DNA of 64,000 nucleotides from Octopus vulgaris (Eukaryota): NCBI GenBank assembly GCA_951406725.2, contig OX597814.1, positions 143,840,001 to 143,904,000 of the forward strand, read 5' to 3'. Shown piece by piece: positions 25,890 to 40,059 of this stretch (position 1 is its first letter; each line of letters starts with the position of its first letter). The notes under the pieces were generated by a model. It saw only the letters and a program-made list of their open reading frames with translations, ran no database searches and was not told where the DNA came from. The position numbers and the translations under genes were made by a program.

Positions 25890-27390
25890 GAGAGAATGTG
25901 GCTCAGATCGTTATTGTGACACTCAGAGCAATAGATGAGTGTGGTGAAAGTCGCTTCCGAGTATTGGGTTGTTTTAGCTTGTTTGTTGTGGTTGTTTTGT
26001 CCAGTGGCTGTGTGGACAGATGTTATCTTATTAATCCAAGGCATGGTGACATCGTGATATATTTATAACCTTTGGTGAATGATTCCTTGTATCTTACCAA
26101 AATTGTTTCCAAACAGTTGAAAAAGAAATGGTACTTTTAAACTATTTGGAGCGCATAACGTGTATAATAGCAGTTAGAAATTGTTAAAATAATCTCAAAT
26201 AAATAGAAATGTTCACAGCATCCATATAGATGTGTTGTATTTAAAGAGCCAGTATAAAAACAATAGAGAGGGAAGAAATTACGGAGAAAGAGTTTGTAAC
26301 TTTAATTAATCTAACACATGCGCGACTGCACGCACACACACACATACACGCGCGCGTACACATACACACACACGCAAACACACACACATACACACACTTA
26401 CATACACACACAGATCTTTCCCTACCACGTCGTTGTCGTTTGCTCTTCCCGTTTGGTGACTTAATACAATATATATCCTAGACACAAAAATAACGGGATG
26501 TGTTGAGGCCAGGTCAAGTGTTATGTACTGAGATTTATGTTACTGGTTTCGATTTAAAACAAGCTCTTTTATTGCCAAGATTCAAACCGCTGATAATACC
26601 CAAAACAGAACTATGTCTTTTGATGTCTAATGGAATCAGGTATTCCATTATTCAAATCATTCGTTTTGTTCTGATCTAATTTTCCATGCGGCTCAAGTTA
26701 TTCGACCAGTCGAAATTTCTTGCCGACCTTAGTCCAAAAAGTATTTTTTCCAATGTAAATAAGATGATGAGCGTTCTCTGGTTTATCAAGGCGACATTAT
26801 TTGAGTGGTGTCTATTTCAATCTTCCTTAAATCTTCCCAAAATTAAATTGTGAGAGTAACATTGCCCAATCTAGCTATTGTTTCAGAGGCTCGATAACAA
26901 ATATCCTAACCTTCAGAGTATAAATACTTCGAAACTTCTCGATCATTCAGAAGTTAAAATATTTTACCAAGAAAAAGTACCGGAGTCTCCGAACACGCCA
27001 TACAATTGTATATGTCTCTCTATATCGTAAAAATTACTTTTACACTGAGTGAGAGTATGACTTGTAAACAACAGGATATATATATTTCGAGAAATGCTTG
27101 CAGAATATTTCGTTAACTAAATTATTAGAAATGCATACACACATTTATCAAACGAATTTGATAACATCCATTTTGGGATGTTAGTTTATTTTTCAACGGT
27201 GTGAATGTTTTATGTTCTTCTAGTCACGACGTGAATTCATCACATTTCAATTTCAACATATACAATAAATAGTAATAAAGGAGATATAACTAAAACTAGT
27301 TTGAGAATATCTTATTTTTATTTTAGCAAAGTGTGTGTAGCTATTTGCTTGTGATGAACTAAATTTTATGCGACAGCATCAGTCGAAGTA

Positions 27391-29691
27391 CCGTATATTT
27401 CCGCGTATAAGACGACCTTTAGATAAGATGTGGTCAAAATTTGTAAAAAATGTCATGAATTTATTTCATATCTGTAGTATAAGACGACTTCTAAATCACA
27501 AAAGCATTTGAGTACATGCTAGCTTTTGTAACAACGGGTATCTTTAGAAATATTGGTTATTAGAAATGCTTTTTTAAAATTTTCTATATCTTTACAAATT
27601 AAAATAAACGAAATAACAAATCTGCTTCTATTTTATGTTTTGTCATACACATATCGCCTAAAAAGGAACCTGATTCTTCTTCTTTATTAAAATTTATCGC
27701 TATCATAACAACTGCTAACAACAATACGATAATGGTGGTTCATATAACTGAAATGTTCTAAACAGTTACAGTCAACCATTTACCTATACTTCATATAAAA
27801 TCACAAACTGTCTAATATACAACAACCAGCAAAAAGAAGAAAATATGAGGCTAGTTTCAAATTGAAAGTTATAGCAGGAGCCAAGAATTCGAACAATTTC
27901 GCTGCTGCTAGAACATTCAATTTTACCGAGAATATGGTACGAGAGTGAAGAAAGAATGAGGAAAACGCCCAAACAAAAATGTGCAATGAAAAGAGGAAGC
28001 ACCCGTTGGCCGAAATTGGAAAATGTTGTAGCAGAATGGGTACTCCAGCAGAGGGAAGATGGCTACATTGTAGCACGAAAGGAAATAAGATCTAATGCCC
28101 TAAAATTCGCTAAATCGTATAAAGAAGAAAGTAAAGATTTTAAAGCAACAGTAGGCTGGTGCAAACATTTTATGAACAGAAGAATCTGATAATAACGGAG
28201 AAAACAAAAATCGCCCCAAAATTCCCGAAAACTGGCACAAGTAGCCAGTTTTCACCAGTTCATCATTCAGCTGAGAAAAAGGCATCAGTTTCCATTGCCT
28301 CATATTGGAAATATGGATCAAATTCCATTAAACTTTGACATGCTGGGTAACAAAATGGTAGATTTGAAAGGGGTAAAATCAGTGCACGTTAAAAGCACAG
28401 GATATGAGATAACGATGTTTACGATGGTATTATTTTGCATGGCTGACGGTACAAAATTAAAACCCATGGTTATTTTCAAACGTAAAACAAAGCCCAAAAT
28501 AGATTTTCCTCCTGGCGTTTTTGTTCCTTTTCACGAGAAAAGGTGAATGGATGAGAGTGGTATGAAATTATGGATTGAGAATATTTGGAACTGTCGGCCA
28601 GGTGGAATACGAAACGAATGCAGTATATTGGTTTGGGATATGTTTCATAGCCACGGAACGGCAAATACTAAAACCCGATTATCCAATACCAATACTGATA
28701 CTGATGTTATTCCTGATAGTTTGTCTTCTATACTGCAGCCACTTGATGTCAGTTTAAACTAACCATTTAAAGGTAATGTAAGGGATCAATTGAATGACTG
28801 GATGATGAATGGAGAAAATCCAATGCAAAAGGTGGAGCTAATTGTACTGCCTCATTTGATGTTCTCTGTAATTTTATTATAAAGGCATGAGACAAAGTTG
28901 AAGTAGAAAATGTGATAAAATCATTTTGAAAATGCGGTATCTTTAATACCATCAACGGTACCGACGATGATATTCTGTACAATAGCGACGACGAAGTAGA
29001 AGTCGATTCTCCAGAACAAGACTGAAATCCTTATGATGAATCTTTTAGAAACAGATAGTGATGATTGTGAGGAATTTGATGGGTTTTATAGAAAAACATG
29101 TAGCAGGTTTGATGTTTTAATATTATTTATCTTGATAGGAAATGTTTAAGAATTATAGTGTTTTTTATGTTTATTAATTCTATCAAAAAATAATGGCTGT
29201 GTGTAATCCAAATTGTGTTATTTACCATCAAATGGTAATAGATTTTTTATGAAAAATTTAAATATGCTATTCTAAATGTTATTACTACAGTTATACACCA
29301 GCATTAAAATTTTTGAAAGGTTTGCAAAAGATAAAGTTTTTTGTGAGCGCAACCATAACTCGATGTTTACATTTTCCCAGCCAAGATTAAAGATTATTAA
29401 AGATAATAGATGATTTCAATGATATAGAATTATCTCTCGAATAGGTTATTTATTATGAAGATATACCAATAATATATAAAATAAAAATGTTTTCATTACC
29501 TAAATTATAATGTCTTTTAATTTTGTTAATCTGTTCACGTATGTCTGTGGTTATCGCAAAGAGGTCGAGGTTAACTTATAAAATCACTTAAAACTTGAAG
29601 TTTCAGTTTTAGAATGATGGCATAAGACGACCCTAAATTTTTAGGGTAAATTTTAGAATTCAAAGCTCGTCTTATACGCGGAAATATACGG
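27391..29691 (+). mobile_element. Full-length pogo-family DNA transposon (POGK/Passer-like), inactivated
   Basis: Perfect 25-bp TIRs ccgtatatttccgcgtataagacga, TA duplication on both sides, subterminal ataagacg repeats. Confidence 0.93.
27810..29050 (+). pseudogene. Disrupted pogo transposase (Brinker-like DBD, CENP-B HTH, DDE_1)
   Basis: KRRKYEASFKLKVI, WPKLE..VAEWV, FKATVGW, IGNMDQIPL.FD, ADGTKLKPMVIFK, LVWDMF..H, LQPLDVSLN; several stops and frameshifts. Confidence 0.88.
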
Positions 29692-31740
29692 TATATCTAG
29701 AAATAATAGTTATTTAAGAATTTTGCTCTTTCTGTAATAAGAAAAACTAGGAGAGCCGAAATGAGGTAACATTCTGTTCAATTAAACAATAAAGCCTAAG
29801 ATTTCCAGAGGTTTTCTCTGGCTCGTGGTGAATCAAGAGATCCGCCTGACAATTCAGTGTTGCTACAGGTCAATCGGCAATTAATCCTAGCTTCAATGTG
29901 ACGAACTAACTTCAGCTAACAGAATGCATGGAAGAACTACTGACATTTTCGAATAGGTGGAAAAAACACTGATTAAATACAATCTTAATGAATGTTGTGG
30001 AAAAGTTTGAAGTGTATTAAAACTGATGGTGAACGAAAATAATGTGATGAGTAGTAAAAGGTTTCGTTGCGCAAGACTAAAAATTTGTAACAGTGTTAGA
30101 TGTACAAACTTGATGTTTCACGGCGTTATTCATCAGCGTGCATTTTTCGCAAAATATTTATATTCAAGTGTGATAAATTAACTTATACCTTTTATATCAG
30201 AACTGAATTTCATTGTTGTTGGTTTTGAACATATTGAAAGAATCGGAACTTGAATGTAGCGATTTGCCATGTTAAGAATTTTTTCATTTGTACGGACAGG
30301 AACGACGGATACTAACGTTCAAAAATATAGCTCAGTTGTTACTAGAAGACGATGAGTTGTTCTAGAATTTAACATTCTCGGCCAACTTCATAATGCATTT
30401 TAACGGATCCAATCATAGATTTCAAGAAGTGATTCTAAATTTGTGCTTGCCATATACTCTGCTGTGAGAGGTGTTTGACATAAAATATCCTTTCTAAACT
30501 TATTTTAAAATCATTTTAACTGCTTTCCCGGCATGAAAAATACAACCAAGAAGGAAATCATATACTCTAAAATTCACTCAAAATATTTTTACTAGTCTGA
30601 ATTAATTATAGTTTCAACAGCGTTTTCCAGGTTTCGATCGAAGTACGACAGCGTTAAAAATTTTTCTATACCACCACCGCCACCAACACTACCATCACTG
30701 CTGCTGCCACTACCTCTGCTGTCACCATCCGTGCTGATGTCTACCATACAGATAGTAATTCGTACGATGCTCGCAAAACAGCGAGAATCTAAACAGTAAC
30801 ATATTTATTTATTCCTAAGAGTACGGGCAGATTCGAATGTGGTTATCTGATCGTCGGGCTTTTTTTCCCCTTTTACACTGGTGAATTAAGTGTGTTATTG
30901 AGCACGCGTTATCTAAAGGGAGGTGTTTTCCGACGAGGAACAACAATCAGATACTCGCTCTAATCTACCAGAACGTATTAAGGAAGAATACGTCATTGTT
31001 TAGATTCTCGCTGCTCTGTGTGCGCCTCATAAATTTCAATTTCGATTTCGACTTTTAATTGATTCTTTGGCTCAGTCTATCCGGGGGCCATGCAAAATAG
31101 CTTATCCTTATTTAAATTACAAATATCTTTTCTAATGTCCACAATTCAAATCTGTTGCTTGAGATCCCAATACTTCCGTTAACCTTACTCGTTGATTGAC
31201 TGTCACCTTGTCCTCTATTAACGATTCCCTTGAGAATTCGTTCGCTATAGCATTATCAGGTCTTTTGTCATCGATTTTATGTCTTGATTAAATGACGATA
31301 TACTGGAGGAATTATTTGCAAAAACCGATTATTGCTTATTCTATTGTCTCTCTTTGTTTAATACAATATATCTGATCGCCTTTTGTCTATCCTATGGAAA
31401 ACTTCGACTCTACGTAGATGTTAGCGTCATCCCATAAGTGTCGTTTTCCTGTTTGTCTTATATATTCTCATCAATCTTCCAGTGATGATCCCAAAAGCAC
31501 ACAATTCTCGATATTCTAATAACGATGGAATAAAGTTCTGCCTCCACCGTATCTCAGTTGGTTTTTATTTAGATACTATACAATTCTGAGGCACAAACTG
31601 CCATCTTTTATTAGCAATGTATCTATAGATGCTACAATACAACTTGTTTTCGAAGACTCCATTCCATTCCATCTTTCTCGCTAACGCATTCACAATCAAA
31701 ATCTTAAAATACACATCTCATTACAAAATATCCTCTCTAG

Positions 31741-31864
31741 TCTCATAATCGTATATTGCGTTTCTATTGATAGTATTCTGTTATATCTGCTTCCTATTCA
31801 AGTCTCATAATCGTATATTGCGTTTCTATTGATAGTATTCTGTTATATCTGCTTCCTATTCAAG
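31741..31864. repeat. Perfect 62-bp tandem duplication (2 copies)
   Basis: tctcataatcgtatattgcg...cttcctattcaag at 31741-31802 and 31803-31864. Confidence 0.95.
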
Positions 31865-33350
31865 GATGTCCCTTGTACTACACTTGTTAGTAAATTAATC
31901 GTAAGTTACACATTGGCGGAAATTTTTTAACTGTTTTTTATTTTTTTTATTTTTTCAGCTTTAGTAGTGATACACAATTATCTATCGGTGCAATGTATGT
32001 GTGTATTAAATCTGACACCAACCAGCAAATTAGCACATAACATTTAGGACCATCATAGGAGTTCTAACATATCTAACATACACTGAGAATTCTGTGAGCA
32101 GTCGATTATGATTCAAGGATATCATCATACATATTTAACATCTACAATAATAATACTCTTGCGTTTTTCTCCGTCACATCATATGAATGAGAAAGGAAGG
32201 GATGATAGATGAATAAGGAAGGGGTGATGGAAAACTGGTGGGATGGTGAACATTCAACACTGAAAGAAAAATCAAACAGCGTTTCAACTCTGTGTGGGTA
32301 TATGTGTGTGCGTGTACAAGGGAAGTATGTGAATGTATGTGAACATTGTAGTATTTTATATATAAAATACTACAATTAGCCGTCATTTTTGACGGCACGG
32401 AGCCAGCTAGTCTTATAATAAACTCTCTGTTCTCATAAAGAATTTACCAAAATTCTTCTTTTATGCTATGCCAGTTTAAGTATCACATATTTTGCGTCTC
32501 TCTTTTAACTATTACCTTGAATATTTTATTTACATTACATACTGAGAAAATTACCTCATAGTTTGCACAATGAAGTTCTAATTTAGACATATAACATTGG
32601 AATACGTGTTAGACGAGGTACCATTGAATGTAGTTTATAACTAGTCGATTAACAATATATAAAATATATAATGGTACTATTTTATAACATTCTTTTGAAA
32701 TTTATCTCATGAATAATTGCTTCATATATTATGTAACATAATTTATCTATGCAAATAAATATCCTCATCATCGTCTTTGAACCTACTATTATTAGTTTAT
32801 AGCACACTTTTGATGTTGCTTGCTTTTTTAATTCTATTGTAAAATAACTTTATTGAAAAAGAAAGCAAAACATTTTAGCAAAATATTTAATCAACGATTT
32901 GCTGATAAAACAACTTGTCGTAAATACAAATAGTTTAGCTTATAATCAAGGTGATGAGAGAAGTAAGAAAAGTGAGAATTAGGTATTATGTTTTAAAATA
33001 AAATTCTCCCTAACACCAACTCTTTACGAAAAACATTTTTAAGCATTACCGCTAGCAACTCTTCTAAATCAAAGCCAACGATAAATGATCTCTAATTATT
33101 TCGTTTCCGTTTACATATTTTTATCATGGAATATATGACACCTAACATATAGAAGCAAAAAAAAATGTTTTCACTTAGTTTCGGAGAGTTTTTAATGCAG
33201 TGACGAATAAATAAGCAGATAATGTGATAATTTTTTTTTTATTTCGAAATTAAATAATAAACAATGTTCAAATAATACCAGTTTTCCTTAACAGAAAATA
33301 ATTTCAAAAAGCAACCGTCGAGTCATATTGAGTTTGAAATTTGTTTATTT

Positions 33351-33398
33351 TCATGATTTTGAGCAATACTTCTTTTGTTCCTCGTCGAGTTTGACATT
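33351..33398 (-). CDS. Cys-rich secreted peptide gene 2, last coding exon (NVKLDEEQKKYCSKS*)
   Basis: Very strong acceptor ttttttttcttctttcag, phase 0, carries the 8th Cys; AATAAA at 33349-33344 and 33243-33238. Confidence 0.83.
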   Translation of the reverse strand, partial: NVKLDEEQKKYCSKS

Positions 33399-33687
33399 CT
33401 GAAAGAAGAAAAAAAATGAAAAATGAAATGTCTATATAAATGTGTCTGTGTAAGTATTTATAAATGAAAAGTGAGCAGACAATATATGGTTTAGCATTCA
33501 TATCTATTAGAAAGCATTTGGTGATTCCAGTGATTGCTACACGGAGAATCACATACATAAAATGATTCACTTAGGCAATAATAGTCATCTGCATTTTGTA
33601 GAAACTATCAATCTTTTTTTTTTTTACAAATTACCTGCTGTTATTTATTTGCAACTGTGTTTCATATATTATTACTAAAACTCTCAG

Positions 33688-33910
33688 TGAAGGCGCGTGG
33701 CTTCGTGGTTAGGGTGTTGAGTGCATGATCATAAGATTGCGGTTTCGATTCCTGGACTAATCGATGCATTGTGTTCTTGAGCAAAAACCACCCAGTTGGC
33801 AAAAATGAGTAACCCTGCGACGAACCAGCATCCCATCCAGGTGGAGAATATATACGTCACGTAAACCGGAAACCTGGCCCTTTGAGAGACCACATGTCTT
33901 GAGAAGGATC
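33688..33910 (+). mobile_element. SINE family C (tRNA-derived)
   Basis: gtggcttcgtggttaggg A-box, ggtttcgattcctgg B-box; related minus-strand copies near 51410-51745 and 60870-61055. Confidence 0.7.
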
Positions 33911-35008
33911 TTTATCCTAACAGGTCCGATTTCTGCATCGAAACCGAAGACAGTCTTTTGTTTAGTGAATTCAGTTCGTGACGTATTGGATACATAAAGG
34001 CATTCCCCTTATAAATTCTCACCATGGCTAATACATGCGACATCAATATGTTCGTTTTTGCTAATGCTTTAGGTTCAGATATTAACTGTTAGACATTAAC
34101 TATTAGAAATTTTGGTGTTGTAAACGTAATCACTTGCTACTTATTTTATCATAGTCAATAATGGTACATACCAGACCTTCATTTCTGCTGGAAAAATAAT
34201 AAATAGCATTAATGAATACTTTCTTATATCGTCCTCTGGCACTCAGTAGTTCGTACTCTCTATGGATGTAGTGTTATTGTGTACCAGACTTATTGTATAG
34301 TGTGCAGATCTTTAACTGATTTCTTGTGCTGCACTCAACAGAAATTAAATATATGGCACCTCAATGAAATACTAGAAAGCCGTTTGGCGGGACTGCAAAT
34401 TTGTCGATGGCAAAATAGCGTTATCGCAATTGAGATGAATTTTAAAATATTCTTTACTCTTAAGATATTAATTTTTCACTCGCTTTCGGACATCTTTCGA
34501 AAACATGCATACCAAAATATATATATAGAACGCGCAAGCCTCACACTGAAATTCTAAACAATCTGATATCCTGGTTAGTCAGCGTCCTTTTAAGCCAAAT
34601 TTTTGTATATCTCTAGTTCAACAAGCAGCTTAGTTATCTTCTTGTTAAACTTTTTAACAATACTAAGGTCGGCATTTGTATCATGCAACAGCTGCTCATC
34701 CATAAGATTGATAGATAAACCTGATACTCTTCGCAAGTTTCGTCACAGACATTGCTGTCAGAAACTAAAGAACCAGAACAGATACTGCTAGACATCTGAC
34801 ACGACCCTTTGTAAGTTTTGCCCTTCTTCTAATCTGGTTTGGGTACATTTATATCGACCCTGAAAGGACGAAAGGCAATTTTGAGATAACAGCAGAATTT
34901 GAACTCAAATCTCAGAGTCGTAATAAATATTGCAGGACATTTTATCCGAAATTCTAGTTTCTCTGCCAATTCGCCATTCCAAATAACATACGAAACTTCT
35001 TTACTTAC

Positions 35009-35176
35009 CTGAGCCGTCAAGCAGTCACATTTGCATTTTCTCTTACAAGGAAGACTAAATTGGCTACGACAACGGACCATGATACACCTTTGTGAGCATG
35101 TGTGGCTGTAAAATGCTTCAGTTCCAACGAAGAGAACCAAAGATATTAGCATCATTTTCAAGAGAAGATTGTTCAT
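35009..35176 (-). CDS. Cys-rich secreted peptide gene 2, first coding exon (MNNLLLKMMLISLVLFVGTEA-FYSHTCSQRCIMVRCRSQFSLPCKRKCKCDCLTAQ)
   Basis: Acceptor ttttattacag/AAT ATG; signal peptide; identical Cys spacing to the paralogues; donor CAG/GTAAGT at 35008. Confidence 0.9.
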
Positions 35177-35470
35177 ATTCTGTAATAAAAGATAATCGTA
35201 TTGATATATTTTATAAACCATTGTTATGGACATTTCATGGATGCAACACAACATGGTGCCTAGAATCCCACCAATAAGGGACAGTAGCAGGATAGGTCGA
35301 AATGAACGTCGTAGAAATTAAAGACCGATACCAAGTCCATCTCCTCTGCAGAATTCCTGAAGTAGATCCAACGGAAATATACCCCAACTGCGGATGACAC
35401 CAGGTAGCCCAGACCGTGCCATTGCTTTGCTCAACACAGCGCACTAATTTACATTTACCCATTAGTATAG

Positions 35471-35552
<82 letters not shown>

Positions 35553-36222
35553 CAAAGTAAAATTGCAAGGTACCGTACGAGTGAAAATGTACAGGAAAAA
35601 GGATTTGAAAATGCAGAAGTCTTTTAAAGATGTTTATTGACTTGACCGGTTTCAATTTTTAAAATACGATTTTCAAAAGTAAAATGTAAGGCTTTGTGTA
35701 GCCTTTGTTGTGTTAAAAAATGGTTATCATAGACGTATTAAAATACAGTGATACAGCCTTTAATAACGATAAGAAAATGTTAAGAAATAGAATCTTTCAC
35801 AATAATAAGAGAATGTTAAGAGGGGCTTTTTGTTTAAACAGTTTACATAAAAGTGTTCAGAACAGGTAGTAAAATAAATTCATAATTATTTATAAGTTCA
35901 TCAAAAATCATGATTGTATAGAAGCATATGTACACAAAGAATTTGTAGACAGAATGTGATAGGAGAAAGCGTGTATTGCTTAGTCAAAACTTCATCAGAA
36001 ATCATATTTAAGTATTTATACAGAATTTTAAGGGAATGACCAACCCTTTTTTCCTTCATCTCCAGTCTTCTTTGTGTGTTTGGCATGGATGGTTGCTATT
36101 TTTAGAAATAGAGTGGGAGGTTGGTTGGTAGGGGAAAGCATTCACATAGTTTGTGGAATGAAAATGACTTTTATGTTTCTGGGCTAGTCTGCTATGATCC
36201 AGTCGTTTTTGAACTGATTCTT

Positions 36223-36274
<52 letters not shown>

Positions 36275-36633
36275 GCGTATGTATGTCTAAACTGGCATAC
36301 ATACGCGTATGTATGCCTAACTGTTTAGGCATACGCGTATGTATGCTTAAACAGTCAGTAGCAAAAACAGCCACTGACTGATTTCCTTATAAGACGTGTA
36401 TCTGAAAAGCTGTAAACAGCGAAAAGTGCTTGCACGTAAACTTCCTTTCGTAAGAAATCTGCATTTTTTAAAGATATTTTATACAATTAGTAATTATAAA
36501 TTAAGAATTTTTTTTTTCCAAATATTCTGACTATATCAATAAATCTTTCTAAAAATCTATGTTCTTGTGTGTGTGTAGGGGGTACACACATACAGACAGG
36601 CACCCAAGGCTGGGAAAAGGCATTGTTATAACT

Positions 36634-36943
36634 CAGTGGTTCCCAAAGTGGGCAGTCTTGTTCCCCTAGAGGCAGTCGAAAGTTCCAAGAGGGCGTTGAA
36701 GAAGAGTGGAGCGATAATGGGGTAACAATTCATGTAAAAATTGAGGCGATAATAGGGGAGCAATTCATGTAAAAACAATAAAATAATGGGTTCATTTGGT
36801 TAAGTTTTCTTTGTGAAATACAGTTGCTTTGAAATTGCTTTAGAAAGAGCTCTATGTTTGTGAAGGTTAGTTGAGGTGGGGACACTTGAATAATGACCTG
36901 GAGTCAAAAGGGCGGTAGCCCGAAAAAAGTTTGGGAACCACTG
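36634..36943. mobile_element. hAT (Charlie-like) MITE, 310 bp
   Basis: 14-bp TIR cagtggttcccaaa/tttgggaaccactg; perfect 8-bp TSD ttataact (36626-36633 and 36944-36951). Confidence 0.92.
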
Positions 36944-36959
36944 TTATAACTTTATGCAG

Positions 36960-38040
36960 GCCCTTCTAGATCAATGGGATTGAAGCTGTTAATGTTCTGT
37001 TGAAACTGCTGAAGTCGACGACTATGTGGAGAACGTTCCAAAAAGCGGAAATTTTGGGAAGAAATAATGAAGAGCAGTAGGTTATAAAGATCTTGAGTAT
37101 AGTATGAATGATTAGAGGAAGTGATATGAGTTGGGACGTGCCTATGTAGAGCGGGGAAAAGGAAAGCGCCATATTCGAGGGATAGGGCAAATGTTAATGT
37201 AGAGTCAATAGAAAAGGTAGAGAGAGAGAGGAGTGAGAGAGAGAGATGAGACGGTACGACTGCAAGACCAGAAGTTACATTCAGTTTGTGAGAAACCTCA
37301 TAATAGTCGCCTGAAGGGATCTATTTTCATGTGAGATCAAGGGTGTCATATCTGCATGTGAATCAACAGCACTGTGCGAGATGCAGAATTAGTACACCAC
37401 AGTACGACTCAGATCGTCTTTGTAGTTAGTTGTAGTTCATATTTATTGAGGTGTGACGTGTTTTTCTGACTATGAAGAGAACTTGTGTTAGGCACCCCGT
37501 CTTAGCTATGTTAAAGCTGAGCGTTCTCAAAAAGTCATCAATAATAACGAAGTCCAGAATTTTAAGCGATCGCGAGGGTTCTCATTGCGTGCTGCTTGTG
37601 TTTGAGGGAGAGAGGTGCAATAACTGTTTTAAATTTGTACAATGCGTTTGTTCTCTTGTTATTGAAGAAGATTAGCCAGATTTCATTGGAAGATATTTTG
37701 AAGGTTGCTGATCAGGGATTCATTGCATCTTCAAATATAAGTGATAAGAAGAGTTGTGCATATGATATCACCATGGACCGGAGTATGGGAAATGAAACAA
37801 CATCTGTCTTCGATGCAGTGGGGAAATGCGGTCGAAAAGGCATTGGTGTTTCGAATAGATGTTTTAGAAATGGTTAAAAAGTTAAAATGCGTTGTGCCAT
37901 AAGAGTAACTTTCTGAAGACGGTAGTAAGTTGCTGATGTAAAGTGGTAAGGGTTTGAGGGACAAAACCGAACCTGGGACACACTAGGGCCGACAGAGAAA
38001 GCTACATCAACGTGCACCACGTTAGTGCGACACCACGTTA
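36960..38040 (-). mobile_element. Decayed retroelement remnant, probably Penelope-like
   Basis: Pyrimidine-rich minus strand with fragmentary RT/GIY-YIG-like text; no intact ORF. Confidence 0.35.
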
Positions 38041-38050
38041 GTGCAAGGAA

Positions 38051-38398
<348 letters not shown>

Positions 38399-38722
38399 GA
38401 ATTCTATTAATGCTAATAATATTGATGTTTTCTTACATTAACATGAGGTCAGAAACTTTTGTGGGGTGATGTTATTCGATTATATCGGTCCCTGTACGTA
38501 GGATGTTTTATTTTACCGAGCTCGGGAAGATGAAAGGGAAGTAGACCTCGTTGATATTTGAATACTGAAAATAGATAGAGCAGATAGATGGGTGCATATT
38601 TGACAAGATATTTGCGTGCCAGTCATTTTGGGAAACTTTGCTTGCGTTGAAGGGGGAAAATGCTGCTTCAGAAAATTTAGAAACATTACGAAAAATCTGG
38701 CATTACGAAAACCGTACTAGTG

Positions 38723-38771
<49 letters not shown>

Positions 38772-39322
38772 TGTGTGTGTGTGTGTGTGTGAACTGAAGC
38801 AAGTTGAAGTTAATGATTGTCTCCCCTCAATTTTCAGATACTGGCTACACGTAACCGACAAGCAACAAGGGCTGTAGCTGAGAAGGGCCAAAAATTTGAC
38901 TTTTTTAGAATTGGAACACACTGTAGTTAGTTTTCAATGATCGCGACAAACCTCAAGAGAAGAAGAAAAGACTTGAAAACATTGGCTGGAATAAGTGTTT
39001 AGGGCGCATTAATTTCTGGGTAATGGAAGTGATATTGTTAGCTCTTGTTGATTTATCTTAAAGTGAACGGAGGTACGTTTCCAATTAGCATTTGATGTTA
39101 CATACATAGGAGTTACGGAGTAATTAATATCTTTCAATATAACTTCAGCTTTATATATAGAGAGATATATTCGACAGTCCATCGGTGACTTAGCTGGCTG
39201 AAATTTCAAAGTAGCGGTCAATAATTTTCTTGTTTAAGAATGATAAATTTTTACCTTACAAAAGTATAGAGAAACCCATCAGATTAATGTAAACCTGTTT
39301 ATATTATAACTAACCATAAGAA

Positions 39323-39533
39323 TGCGGTGAGCTTGCAGAATTGTTAGCACGCTGGACGAAATGCTTAGCGGTATTTCGCCCGTCGCTACGTTCAGAGTCC
39401 AAATTCCTCCGAGGTCGGCTTTACCTTTCACACTTTAGGGTTTGATAAATTAAGTACCAGTTGAGTACTGGGGTCGATGTATTCGACTATCGCTCTCCCC
39501 CAAATTTCAGGCCTTGTGCCTATAATAAAATGG
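39323..39533 (+). mobile_element. Monomeric SINE family A with 20-bp target-site duplication
   Basis: attataactaaccataagaa at 39303 and 39534. Confidence 0.88.
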
Positions 39534-39593
39534 ATTATAACTAACCATAAGAACAAGTATTAATGTTATATATGTATATATTCAAACACATGT

Positions 39594-39650
<57 letters not shown>

Positions 39651-39709
39651 GGAAGTTAAGAAATTAAAAAAAAATCTAATTGAAACTAATAAGAATATCA
39701 CAGACTTAC

Positions 39710-39790
39710 TGCAGGAGTATTTGGTCAAAGAATCAAGTCAATGAGAAGTATAAGACTAAGCTCTAAATTAAGAGTATACCTATTTATATA
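39710..39790 (-). promoter_or_regulatory. Candidate TATA/Inr core promoter and non-coding exon 1 (about 39757-39710) of peptide gene 2
   Basis: Minus strand: TATAAA at 39788, Inr-like TTAGTC with A at 39757 (31 nt downstream), donor GCA/GTAAGT at 39709. Confidence 0.6.
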
Positions 39791-39966
39791 CAACCTATAT
39801 ATACATACAAATATTCATATGTATGTAGGTATGTAGGTATATATATATATACACATATATGTATTTTAACATATAATACCTGTATATATATATCTCTCTC
39901 TATATATATATACTTATATATAAACATACATCTATATATATATATACATATACATATATATATATA

Positions 39967-40059
<93 letters not shown>

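Noticed and set aside
33488-33588. Minus-strand Cys-containing frame DYYCLSESFYVCDSPC... in the gene 2 intron
   Set aside because: Out of phase with the phase-0 donor and has a weak acceptor; the exon at 33398 fits far better
34829-35254. 141-aa ORF as a single-exon gene
   Set aside because: Only 35176-35009 is exonic. The N-terminal extension crosses a splice acceptor and the C-terminal part reads into intronic SINE sequence. The same read-through into intron applies to ORFs 13968-14246 and 60491-60688
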